64,000 bases of DNA, taken from Octopus vulgaris (taxonomy: Eukaryota). The stretch is from the NCBI GenBank assembly GCA_951406725.2, contig OX597815.1:147994001-148058000 (forward strand). The letters are read 5' to 3'. Below are positions 52,633 to 64,000 of the stretch, piece after piece. Made by a program: the position numbers and the translations under genes. The notes below the pieces were generated by a model. It worked only from the letters and a program-made list of their open reading frames with translations, was not told the DNA's origin and made no database searches. How positions within the stretch are numbered: position 1 is the stretch's first letter; every line of letters starts with the position of its first letter.

Positions 52633-55600
52633 AACTATTTCATTTATATTACAAGAGAAAAATTTCTTTAACTATAATATAAATTTCGAATGATTTTATG
52701 ATAAACAACAGATAATCTTTCTGTAGCAACATCATACTGATTAATTAAACCCTATATTTTTTCACCTTTTCTGATCTCCTAATTTTTTGCTCGAAACCAT
52801 CACCCTAATTCGTTTTAACACCTTTCAATTGGCTGCAAATAGATTAGTAAAGCCCCTACACATTTCTTCCGATTCATCTCGATCTACCTCCCACGTAAAT
52901 ATGTACGTATGTATCTATCTGACTACATGTTTGTCTTTCTACCTGTGTATGTGTATGTTTGTATGTAGGCAGTTATATATGCATGGTATATCAGTTTGTA
53001 CGGTGTGGCTGTTTGCTAAGAACCTTTCTTCCAAACAACTGTTGCATGTGTCTGCTACTTTGAATCGATTAAAGCATTGTCAGTTGATTAGGTAGACAGA
53101 ATCTGAAAGAAATCCCTGATATATAAGTGATTATGCGTGTGTGTATGTGTATGGCCTGTGTCTGTGTGTGCATAAGTGCATATGTATTTGCTCTTATAAC
53201 TACCGACATATGAAACTTCCACACATCTTGCGTATAAATAGAAATATAGATATATTTCATGAAGCAAATGCTATTTTTCAACCTAGATTTAATTTATCTT
53301 TTAATATAATCTCAATAAATGGGTAAAACTTCAAAGTTAAAACTTGATGTTATATTTTCATATGATATTTATTGAAAATGGAATACACATTTACAGGTGC
53401 AATGTCATACGATCACAGTATGTTTCTATACAGATACACCTGTATATATGATTAGTAATATATATCTTTCTCTGTATTTGTGTATGAGTGTATTTTTACA
53501 CGTACCTATCAGGGAAAATGAAATTAGATTTAGAAAATATAAAAGACGAAATTTTTACTTTATATTTTGTATTGGATGATACTTTAAAACCCAATTATTT
53601 CCCCCGAAATAAATCGGTAATGGATTCTTTAGGTAACACTGCCGGGCATAGATGATTAGTAATATCATTTATAGCGTAACTGATTATCGCAACTATGCCC
53701 GGGTTAATACGTAAATGGAATAATAGTTAAGTGGATTGCTTGCCGAACCTCAATCAATTTAAAATTTGAGTATTATGATGACTTCCTTATTAGCAACTCC
53801 CTATAAGGAAATATACTATTCTCGATCTTGAAGACTTCAGCGGAGTAAGTGCACTGCATTCCTAGAATTAATATTTCGTTGAGCAATACATAACATTTCG
53901 TTACTTTAATCAATTTGAAAGAAATCGTCATTTGGCAGTCATTTATTTTATCGACACCGGAAGAAACTAAGACGAGGTTGAACTTAGCGAGATTTAATTT
54001 TAACTAAAGGAATGTAATGATATACAAGTCATTCTACATATCACTGTTGATATTCTGCTGTGCATCGTGTTTATGTTTAATGTCTCTTTACACATGAACT
54101 AAGCACATGAACATTTCCAACGGCGCCGATTCTTGTGCAAGAAAATTATCGACAGATTTTACTAGAAGCCTGACAATGACAACGTCCTCGAATGACAAAC
54201 TAATATTTTTAAAATAGGCAAGAAATTAACTCTCTCACACATAGCCAGTAAAGATTTTCATGGCAGTCTCCCTCATATCTCTCACATTGTCGTCTTTCCG
54301 TTTCTATTTTGGGAGACACATGTCAATATAACACCGTGGCCTCGAAATCGCATTCAACTATTCGAACAGAAACGTCAAAATCGCAAAAATCATGCCAACG
54401 GTTTTGCTATTAGCATTCGTTCTTTGAAGTTTGGGGAAGAAATTTTGCTGGTATTCTTTTTGATAGCAATTTTCTCTAAAATTTCCATTAATCTGTAATA
54501 TTATTATTTACTTGCAGATAAAGAAAAATATATGAAAATTTTTACATAAGGAACGTAAAATTTTACATTTTCAAATAATATTCTGAAGAGGATAAATGAG
54601 TCCTCGTATTTTAATATTTTCCATACAACATAGGGATGAAAGTAGGAGACGAAACTGTATCGTGAGTAATATACATGACTCTATCATAATATATCATCTT
54701 AGTATTAAAAATGAAATGCAAAAAATTGCTGATTTGTTAAAGTAACGAACATGCATATTCAAATATATTCCTTAAATTACCATGCCTTTAAATTTAAAGT
54801 ATGTAATTCCCCATAAATGAAAATGTTAACTAGTAAAAGACGTAAAACTCTCATTATGCTGCTATCAAATATATTTCTGAGGTATGTAAAAAATTTACAT
54901 GGGTTCAGCTATAATGCTACAATGACGAATGCATTATGTATGAAGCCTTTTAATGTGGGTGCGAATTGCTTTGAAAGCAAAGGTTTAATGCATGATCAAC
55001 ATCAAAAGAATATCTTTATAAGATATTCTACTCAATTGCCAAGAGAGTCGATACATTGTAGGAACGTTTAATATAATTATAGTGTATAATATTCAACAAA
55101 TACCTACCTACTCATGTTGTACCAAATGGTGATTGCTGGATTTTGGGCAGCTCTACTCAGCAAGGTTAACACGAAACTAATTCATAATTCGATAATATGT
55201 ATATTTCAATCAATACCCTATGAATAATCAATATTGTTAAATAAGAGTCACGATAATTCTTAATGTCTAAAATAAAGCAAGGTTAATTTTGTATACCATC
55301 GAATCCATTGGTTATATGAAATATCATATAAAGGCGATACATTATTCACTGGATATCGTCTAGTGATGTTATATATCAATGCAACCAAATCGTATTTCTG
55401 CGCGAATATCCGAGAGGAGGAATTGCTAAAAGATGGCAGAATGGTTATAACATTGAAAGAATAATTTTCTCTATTTGTTCCGACTCTTTACATTATGAAT
55501 TCAAAATCTGCTATGTCGACTTTGCTTTTCTATTCGTCGAAGTTGATAATGTACAATGCTAGTTATCTACCGGAAGTAGATGAAAGTAAGTAATCCTCAC

Positions 55601-56807
55601 TTCCTTAAATTACAAATCTTGCTTCTAGATTCCAAATTATTATTGGAAAATAATACATCGGAAATAATGCTCTTATTTTTCTTGTCTTAGAAACAACTTA
55701 GGTTTCGTTTACACTTTCGGCCGTCTTCATGGACGCGAGGTATTCGCTAACGCTCTTGGAATTTTAGTGAGACTCATGTGTAAAATATAAGGGGATTGAT
55801 TATTGCCATTCTGTTCTGATAGCAGATATCACCTATTATTATTATTATTGTACAGGTGCTAATATTTGGTCATTTTCACAAAAGAATAATTAGAGTGCAT
55901 AAAAAAAAACAAAAGACCTCAGCCACATGATGAGCAATTTGTCAGTTTAGGCTTAATGTTTTTCTTTCTAAATTAAATGTGTCTATATATTGCCCGAATC
56001 TTTTAACGGCCACTTTAAAAAGCTGTTAATGCCAAAACTAAATACTATATGTTCATAGTCATTAAATACAACGTATTTTTTCGCTAGTTGTCCTGTGATA
56101 GAAAATGTCTTTATGTAGGGCTATAGGCCACATCTTATTAAATGAGTATGAAAAAGGAAAATGTGACTTCAAATACCACAATATTACTACACATAACATA
56201 CCTCAGTCATTAAAAGAGTGAATAAAATAATACCGTAAAGTAATAGATAAATAAAAAAAAAACACGATGAAATTGTAATAAAAGTATGTAATAGAGATGT
56301 AATAAAACCACTGATGGCAGATTAAATGGCAGGTAAGTATTGCAAATGGCATAATAAATAATGCGATAACAGAAGGATATTAAATGGAATGTCAATACAC
56401 AAATTATTAATATGAATGAAGGAACCGATATTAGGGAGCATGTTTATTAACAATTAATATAAGGAGATCAATTTCATATTATGCAGGAAAATAATGGGGC
56501 AGATTATTCAGAAATCTAGCTTTTCCGGAAAAAAGGTGTGAATATGAAATTCATTTGTGTCTGTATAAAAGCATTTCTATCGTTATATCTTTATTTGCTC
56601 AGCGATTGAACCACGGTCATACTGGAGCACAGCCTTCTGGCAGTACTTGGTTTTAAGTTTGATATTTATTCTGCCGGTGCTTTCTGCCGAAATTACAAGG
56701 TTACAACGAGGTGAAGAAAAAGAAAGTGAATGTAGGTTGCATCAGAGTGAGCGGAGACATATACTAAACTAGATGCAAACACACACACACACAAACAGAC
56801 ATATATA

Positions 56808-57262
56808 TACGAGAGGGTATTTAAAAGGAACTGGAATTTTGCAATATTGCTTTATTCCCATAGTTTTCAAATTCCCCGTTTGAAGTAATACATCGGTGCA
56901 GGTGCGTTTTCTCCTGTTCGAAGCAGTGTTGGAACTTTTGCAAATTGTTGCTCCGTAACGCCACCGTCTTTTTTTTTTCTTTCATCTCTTCCACATCTTA
57001 AAATTCCATAGCACCAGCTTTCGTCATTAGTCATGACCTTCGAAATAACATGCGGATTAACTTCTTCCAGTTGATCTTTCAGCTCACGACACGCACTCAA
57101 TCGACTCTGATTTTGATTTTCAATGAGCCAGCAGGGCACAGATTTTTCAGCATCTCTTTTCATTCGCAATTCATCGGCCAAAATTCGTTCACAGGAGCTC
57201 CATGATACACCAGTCATATGAACAAGTTCGTCTATTGTTCGGAGACGGTCACCCAAGAACAG
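56808..57262 (-). mobile_element. Internally deleted mariner with terminal inverted repeat
   Basis: ORF 56867-57256 reads DRLRTIDEL..ILADELRMKR..SVPCWL..VMTNDESWCY; TA-flanked terminus at ~56808. Confidence 0.85.
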
Positions 57263-57269
57263 TCCATCA

Positions 57270-57402
57270 TTTACATTATCTACATTAGACGGACATTTTT
57301 CCTCATCTTATTTGTTGTTAACACAACATTTCGGCTGATATACCCTCCAGCCTTCATTAGGTGTCTTCGGGTGTCTAATCGACTGGCCCCGTAGAAAAGA
57401 AT
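57270..57402. mobile_element. SINE H tail (-) with mutated hammerhead, fused to a SINE B 3' fragment (+)
   Basis: 57320-57365 reversed reads GACAC-CTAATGA-AGGCTG..CAGCC-GAAA-TGTTGTGTT; then TCTAATCGACTGGCCCC..GTAGAAAAG. Confidence 0.7.
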
Positions 57403-57686
57403 ATCTAAAATTCTATTTAGATTAGAGGAAGGTAACTGCAGCCAGTTTCAAAACAATCGACCATACTATATGTCTGTAAGGAAGTATGTAGCCTCAGAGA
57501 CTAGACGTCTGTGTATGTTCAGAAATTAATAAAGACAAGGAACAGACTTACACACAAACACAGACATATATAAGCATGTGTGTGTATGCAAGTATAAATG
57601 TGTGCATACATAACCACGCACACATATGTCAGTCTATCTGAGCGTCCCTGAGCAAGCCTTGCTTTATGTTAATATTTATTAACCTG

Positions 57687-58090
57687 AAGGCGGCGAGCTG
57701 GCAGAAAGGATAGCACGCTGGGCGGAATGTTTAGCGGGATTTCATCTGCCGTTACGTTCTGAGTTCAAATTCCGCCGAGGTCGACTTTACCTTTCAACCT
57801 TTCGGGGTCGATAAAATAAGTACCAGTTACGCACTGGAGTCGATGTAATCAACTTAATCCCTTTGTCTGTCATTGTTTGGCCCCTCTATGTTAAGCCCAT
57901 TGTGGGCAATAAAAAAATAAGAAACGTTAACACGCTGGGCGCAATGCTTAGCGATATTTCGTCTGTCTTTACGTTCTGAATTAAAATTCCGCTGAAGTCG
58001 ACTTTGCCTTTCGTCCTTTCGGAGCCGCGATCTAATCGACTGGCCCCCCTCCCACCAAAATTCGGACTTTGTGCCTAGAGTAGAAAAGAA
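57687..58090 (+). mobile_element. SINE family B dimer
   Basis: Two successive heads and cores; possible degenerate TSD AATATTT..ACCTG. Confidence 0.85.
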
Positions 58091-58944
58091 TATTTTTGAC
58101 CTGTGTGCTAGTGTACTATGGAATCGCATGGACATTTTACAGCGGTGACACATTTTCAATACGAATAATTCTATGCAAGATAACTTCACTTCTGTCCAAG
58201 TTACATATTTGCAGTTTGTACCAGAGTATCATTATATTTAGAAGCGAATGTAAATCAATACTTAGATCATTTCTAAATATAAAAGCGTTTGCAAACCACC
58301 CTTCCTTTAACTTATATACTCCTGAATTCGTTTAGATTAAACATAGAATTTATATTGTCCCATATCTTCCGCCCGTAAAAGTTTTCTCATAAATTATTTT
58401 AGAATTACACGCAAAATAATTCGCATGTTTAAGGAAAATTCTAAAATTTTATAAACTATACACGCTGCTATCGTTTTCTAATCTCAAGTGTCCATTTGCC
58501 TCTTGTAAACAACAATATATTCGTTTATATAAAACGTGTTTTTCTTTCATTATAAAGAGGAAAATTAATTAAATAAAAATATATTTCAGTAGAAACTTAC
58601 ATTTGACCGACACCGTTATATATTAATGCACATCTTAATTAAACACATTACAATAACACCGTTCGGATTATTTGGAGCATTCTAGCACAGACTTATTTAA
58701 TTACTTCCAATCAGTATTTAATTTTCTCTCTTAACATAAACAATTCACTTAATTAGAGACTTTTAATTAGTAAGTGATATCACATGAAAATGATTGTTCA
58801 GCAGGACGAAATTAACTGTTGCCTAGAAGCGGAAGTGTGCATTCAAATTTTATATTACATTCATTGTAACTTCAAGTCCACAACATATATGATTTTAAGT
58901 ATATGCTAACCTAAATTTAAGGTATATCAATGCATAATTTGTTC

Positions 58945-58982
<38 letters not shown>

Positions 58983-59009
58983 GTTTACCTTATATGTCTG
59001 TCTGTCTCT

Positions 59010-59620
59010 CTCGACCAGGGTTTCATTTGATCCGATCAACGCAACAGCCTGAGCAACAGCTCAGCGTGACACAGTATAGGATAAGTCTGGCCCTTTGAAA
59101 TACAGGTACAAGAGAAACATGAAGAGAGAGTGACAGAAAGTTGTGGTGAAAGAGTACAGCTGTGTTCACCCCAACCTGCCGCTGCCTCGTGGAGCTTTAG
59201 CTGTTTTCGCTCAATAAAAATTCAAAACACCTAGTCTGGCAATCGAAACCACGATCCTACTACCGCGTGTCCACTGTCCTGACCACTAGGACACACACAC
59301 ACACACATACATAGGAGCACTCCGTCAGTTACGACGACGAGGGTCCCAGCTGATACGATCAACTGAATAGCTTGTTCGTAAAATTAACGTGCAAGTGACC
59401 GAGCACGCCACACACACCTGTATCCTTAACGTAGTACTCAGGGAGATTAAGCATAACACAGAGTGTGACAAGGCTGACACTTTGAAATACAGGTACTACT
59501 CATTTTTGCCAGCTGGGTGGACTCAAGCAACGTGAAATAAAGTGTCTTGCTGAAGGACACAATGCGTCGCCAGGAATTGAACAAACGGCGTTACAACCAC
59601 GAGACGAAATCCCCTACCAC
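59010..59620 (-). mobile_element. SINE family C/D cluster
   Basis: tRNA-like heads near 59290 and 59620; shared internal domains. Confidence 0.7.
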
Positions 59621-59632
59621 TAAGTCACCCAC

Positions 59633-59698
<66 letters not shown>

Positions 59699-59701
59699 GT
59701 A

Positions 59702-59778
<77 letters not shown>

Positions 59779-59855
59779 GTTGAGATTGCTATATTTGCAT
59801 TGGATTGAATTGATATCTAAAAAGTAATTTTCTGTGATATATGGATCAATATATT

Positions 59856-60384
59856 CGTTTCTACTGTAGGCACAATGTCCTAAATTTTGGGGGAGGGGCC
59901 AGTCGATTATATCTACCTCAGTATGCCACTGGTACTTTATTTATCGACTCCGAAATAATGAAAGCAAAGTCGACCTCAGGGTAATCTGAATACAGAGCGT
60001 AGGGACATACGAAATACCTCTGGGCGAAATGCTTAGTGGTATTTAGCCTGCCGCTACATTCTCAGTTCAAATTCCGCTGAGGTCGACTTTGCCTTTCATC
60101 CTTTCGGAGTCGATAAATTAAGTACCAGATATGCGCTGGGGTCGATGTAATCGACTTAATCCCTTTGTCTGTCCTTGTTTGTCCTCTCTGTATTTAGCCC
60201 CTTGTGGGTAGTAAAGAAATAGGAATTTCGTCTCAGTAAGTTCTGAGTTCAAATTCCGCCGAGGTCGACTTTGCTTTTCATCCTTTCGGGTCGATAAATT
60301 AAATACCAGTTGCGTACTGGGGTCGATGTCATCGACTAGCCCCTTCCACGGAAATGTATGTCTTTGTGCCTAGAATAGAAAAGC
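59856..60384. mobile_element. Head-to-head SINE B composite (- 59856-60020, + dimer 60020-60384) with a 16-bp TSD (2 mismatches)
   Basis: TATGGATCAATATATT (59840-59855) versus TATGGTTTAATATATT (60385-60400). Confidence 0.8.
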
Positions 60385-61119
60385 TATGGTTTAATATATT
60401 GGGACTGGCATGTATTTTTCGACAGTTGTAACAAATCTATATACTTCCGCTTGATATATGTTTTATCCTATTAACAAAACAATGACAGACACTATTCCCT
60501 TAATTAAGCCATTTTTAACTATTAACTCCTTAACTGCTGCGCTTCACGTGTAGTATCATATATTCACTTGTAATATCCAGGTTTATTGATCGACATTCAA
60601 TTTTCCTCATATACAGGATCCTAAGCCAAGCATGGCTTATGTTTCTTACATTGATATAGCTTGTAAACCTTATTCTCATTATCTAAATAGTTTTCCCTAT
60701 TACAAGACACATATATATTTCATTTAATTTAGAATGTAATAAATTTTGTAGGTATATATAATAATTATATAAATATCCTGCAATCATAAAGCGACATACG
60801 TACACTAGTTATATCTAATAATATCTTATTAGATAAGAACGAACGAGGATCATGATAATTTTCAGTATGTATTTCCCCAGATTATTCGTTTAATAAATGG
60901 GTACCTGTACGGCTGCTTAACATGGCATGAATAGCACTCAAATATATCAATGTATCACAAATCATAATCTACAGTTGTAAAACAAAAGTACACATTTTAA
61001 AAGTGCAGTTTATACACTTTAGGCCTGTAGTACAATATGCATACTAGAAATGAGAAGAAATCACCAAGGAGGTCGTGCATTTCATTGAGGTTTTTCGATC
61101 AGCCGAAAGATCAAACTTC

Positions 61120-61730
61120 AGGCAGCGAGTTTGCAGAAACGTTAGCACGCCAGGTGAAATGCGTAGCCGTATTTCGTCTGCATTACGTTGTGAGTTCAAA
61201 TTCCGCCGAGGTCGAATTTGCCTTTCATCCTTTCGGGGTCGATTGAATAACTACCAGTAACGCACTGGGGTCGATATAATCGATTTAACTCGTTTGTCTG
61301 TCCTTGTTTGTCCTTTCTGTGTTTAGCCCCTTGTGGATAGTAAAGAAATAGGTATTTCATCTGCCGTTACGTTGTGAGTTCAAATTCCGCCGAGATCGAC
61401 TTTGCCTTTCATCTTTTCGATGTCGATAAATTAAGTATCAGTTACGCACTGGAGTCGATGTAATCGACTTAATCCCTTGTTTATCTACTTAATCCTTGTT
61501 TGTCCACTCTATGTTTAGTCCCTTGTGGGTAGCAAAGAAATATGTATTTCATCTGCCACTACGTTCTGAGTTCAAATTCCGCCGAGGTCGACTTTGCCTT
61601 TCATCCTTTCGGGGTCCACTAAATAAGTACCAGTTATGCACTGGGTCGATATAACTGACTTAACCCATTTGTCTGTCTTTGTTTGTACCCTCTGTGTGTA
61701 GCTCCTGTGGGCAGTAAAGCAATAAGAAAG
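61120..61730 (+). mobile_element. Tandem trimer of SINE family B (~180-190-bp units)
   Basis: GAGTTCAAATTCCGCCGAG at ~61192, ~61376 and ~61568. Confidence 0.9.
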
Positions 61731-62276
61731 AATAAATTTAACCAAAATATGTTAGCAAATGGTGTACAACTTGTTGAAATTGGGTTACGTGTTAATGAAA
61801 CACGGATAGAACTGTAATAGGCCGGGGAAATAATCGGATTTCAATTACAATCGACATTTTGCTTTAGACTAATAACATCCGTCATTCAAAATCCACTCTC
61901 AAACAATATTCCTATGTTTAGATCTAACGAGTGAATATCAGATTTAAATGCTAAAAGGTTTAAATCAATATACTCACGCATACGTTACAGATTGTACCAT
62001 ATTTCGCTGCTCAATATGTATAATTTTCACATAGCGTATTTGACAAAATTGTCCTAGATATACCGTCAGATAAATATTTGGCATTGGTGGAGTTAAAATG
62101 TTGCAGGTAGAATGGATATCATCATATACTTCAAAGAAATATATTGATGTTTGTGATACTTCGAATTACGTCATTGCAACATAAATATATATAAATATAA
62201 GTTTGATGAATATTGGACACTGATGTAAAACTGCATATCGATCACGACTCACCATTAATTAGATATAGTAAATATA

Positions 62277-62686
62277 GGTGTAGGAGTGGCTCTGTGGTAA
62301 GTAGCTTGCTTACCAGCCACATGGTTCCGGGTTCATACCCACTGCGTGGCACCATCGGCAACTGTCCTCTACTATAGCCTTCGGCCGACCAAAGCATTCT
62401 GAGTGGATTTGGTAGACGGAAACTGGAAGAAGCCCGTCGTATATATGTATATATATGTATGTGTGTATATGTTTGTGTGTCTGTGTTTGTCCCCCCCCCA
62501 CCATTGCTTGACAACCGATGGTGGTGTGTTTACGTCCCCGTAACTTAGCCGTTCAGTAAAAAGAGTCTGCTAGAATAATTACTAGGCTTACAAAGAATAA
62601 GTCCTGGGGTCGATTTGCACGACTAAAGGCGGTGCTCCAGTATGGCCGCAGTCAAATGACTTTAAACAAGTAAAAGAGAGTAAAGA
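62277..62686 (+). mobile_element. Complete tRNA-derived SINE family A
   Basis: A box TGGCTCTGTGG, B-box-like GGTTCATACCC, internal (TA/TG)n, LINE-like tail, GTAAAAGA-type terminal repeats. Confidence 0.9.
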
Positions 62687-63689
62687 ATATAGCATTCAAT
62701 TGCAGATTATTATATAATCTCACATTCACAGAATCAACAACTTCTTTCAGTAGCGCTACTGGATTTCTTTAATCGCTTCCTGATTCCAAACTGTGTAATG
62801 TGATTCAAATGTCACACGTTGGGTTTATTTTTCATTGCATTCCTACAAACCTGCAATTGATGCAGTGTAAGAGCAACATCATCATGTGATGGAGAACAAA
62901 CAGACAATTACTTTAAATTCATACAAAAGAATTTCAAAAATGGAAGAACATATTTGGATATTAACTGCTTTAAATTTTATCTTACTCCATGGAGTGACCT
63001 TCCGCTTAATTGTTATGGCTAGTTTGATGCGACAATTGAATTGCGCCTTTGGCTGATAATGGAGATCTCTAATGATTGGATGACTTTCGAAGTACATATT
63101 TTTCTGTAATATAGTAACGTATCATGTAGGATAAAAATGCAAAAAAAAAAAATATGATGCGGCACTGAGGGACTGGCACATAATTTATCGGTCCTAAAAT
63201 TTTGGAGCTTTAAAGTTGACACGCGAGGATTTATAAGCAGTTTGCTGAGAATTCTAATGAACACTGAAATTAATCTGCGAAATCACATTCTATTGGTTAG
63301 CGATAATGTGCAATGGCTAGCAGATAATTCAGTGAAGCCAAATAAGTGACCTTGCAAGTGGTGTCCCATTTCCGTGGAGCGATGCTCAATCATGCCGGTC
63401 AATTCCGGTGACCCCATAACCCTGATACGGTCCAGTATATGGAGGGCTCAGCTGCTACCACATACACTAACACACATACACACACAAACTCAAACACAAA
63501 CATAGACACACACGCACCGCCCTCACACACTCACATACATATCTGTGCACATGAAAATAATGTTAGTATCTTTGAATGTGAGACTGGCGGTACTTCAATT
63601 TTTGCTGAACAACATTCACAAATGATTTATAGCTCCCACTCCCCATGAAGTCCACATTAATTTCACTAGTGCACGGAGTGTCTCACATA

Positions 63690-63842
63690 CAATGTTGAAG
63701 GGAGCCTACAGCAACATGAAACGAAATGTTTAGCTTAAACACACACTGTACACCATGTACGGGATTCGAACCCTCGATCACACAATCACAAGAGCAACGC
63801 CCTAAACAATAGGCCATGCACACTCACATGCATGGCCTAGTG
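63690..63842 (-). mobile_element. tRNA-derived SINE head with a short inverted copy of its first bases
   Basis: Reverse strand CATGGCCTATTGTTTAGGG..GGTTCGAATCCC; palindrome TAGGCCATGCA..TGCATGGCCTA at 63810-63839. Confidence 0.55.
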
Positions 63843-64000
63843 CGCACCCGTGCATGCGTGTATGCACGCATGTATGTATGTGTGTCATTCAGTTTTATTT
63901 CAAGATTTCTTGCCAATAAAGAAAGTTTCTAACCTAGATTCAAGGTTCTTTCTTTGGAATTTCAACACCAACAAGGTATGTGTATATGTATAAATGTATG

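Noticed and set aside
53630-53710. Possible further Helitron termini (GCCGGGCATA.., TATGCCCGGG)
   Set aside because: No intact hairpin plus CTAG.

Overview
AT-rich, microsatellite-dense eukaryotic DNA made almost entirely of transposable elements. The SINE families resemble those of octopus genomes (inference). I cannot support any host gene. Recognisable elements: a near-full-length CR1-group LINE (28536-33380, -) whose ORF1 combines a Myb/SANT-like N-terminus with tandem CCCH zinc fingers; four R4/Dong-clade LINE copies, two of them inserted in the (AAT)n tract of the same SINE family; a Penelope-like RT/GIY-YIG remnant; mariner fragments; a Helitron 3' end; and many tRNA-derived SINEs. The main discovery is a set of non-coding elements carrying hammerhead ribozymes (HHRs). 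(1) A near-identical ~493-bp tandem and inverted array (21531-24284) has five intact-looking type I HHRs, i.e. a retrozyme-like element predicted to release ~492-493-nt self-cleaved or circular RNAs. (2) An adjacent, different 600-bp-period family (24574-25868) has two more intact-looking type I HHRs. (3) A tRNA-headed SINE carries a minimal HHR in its tail. All three are arranged as head-to-head pairs with 3' ends pointing outward, consistent with mobilisation by Penelope-like machinery. Ribozyme activity is predicted from sequence and structure only.
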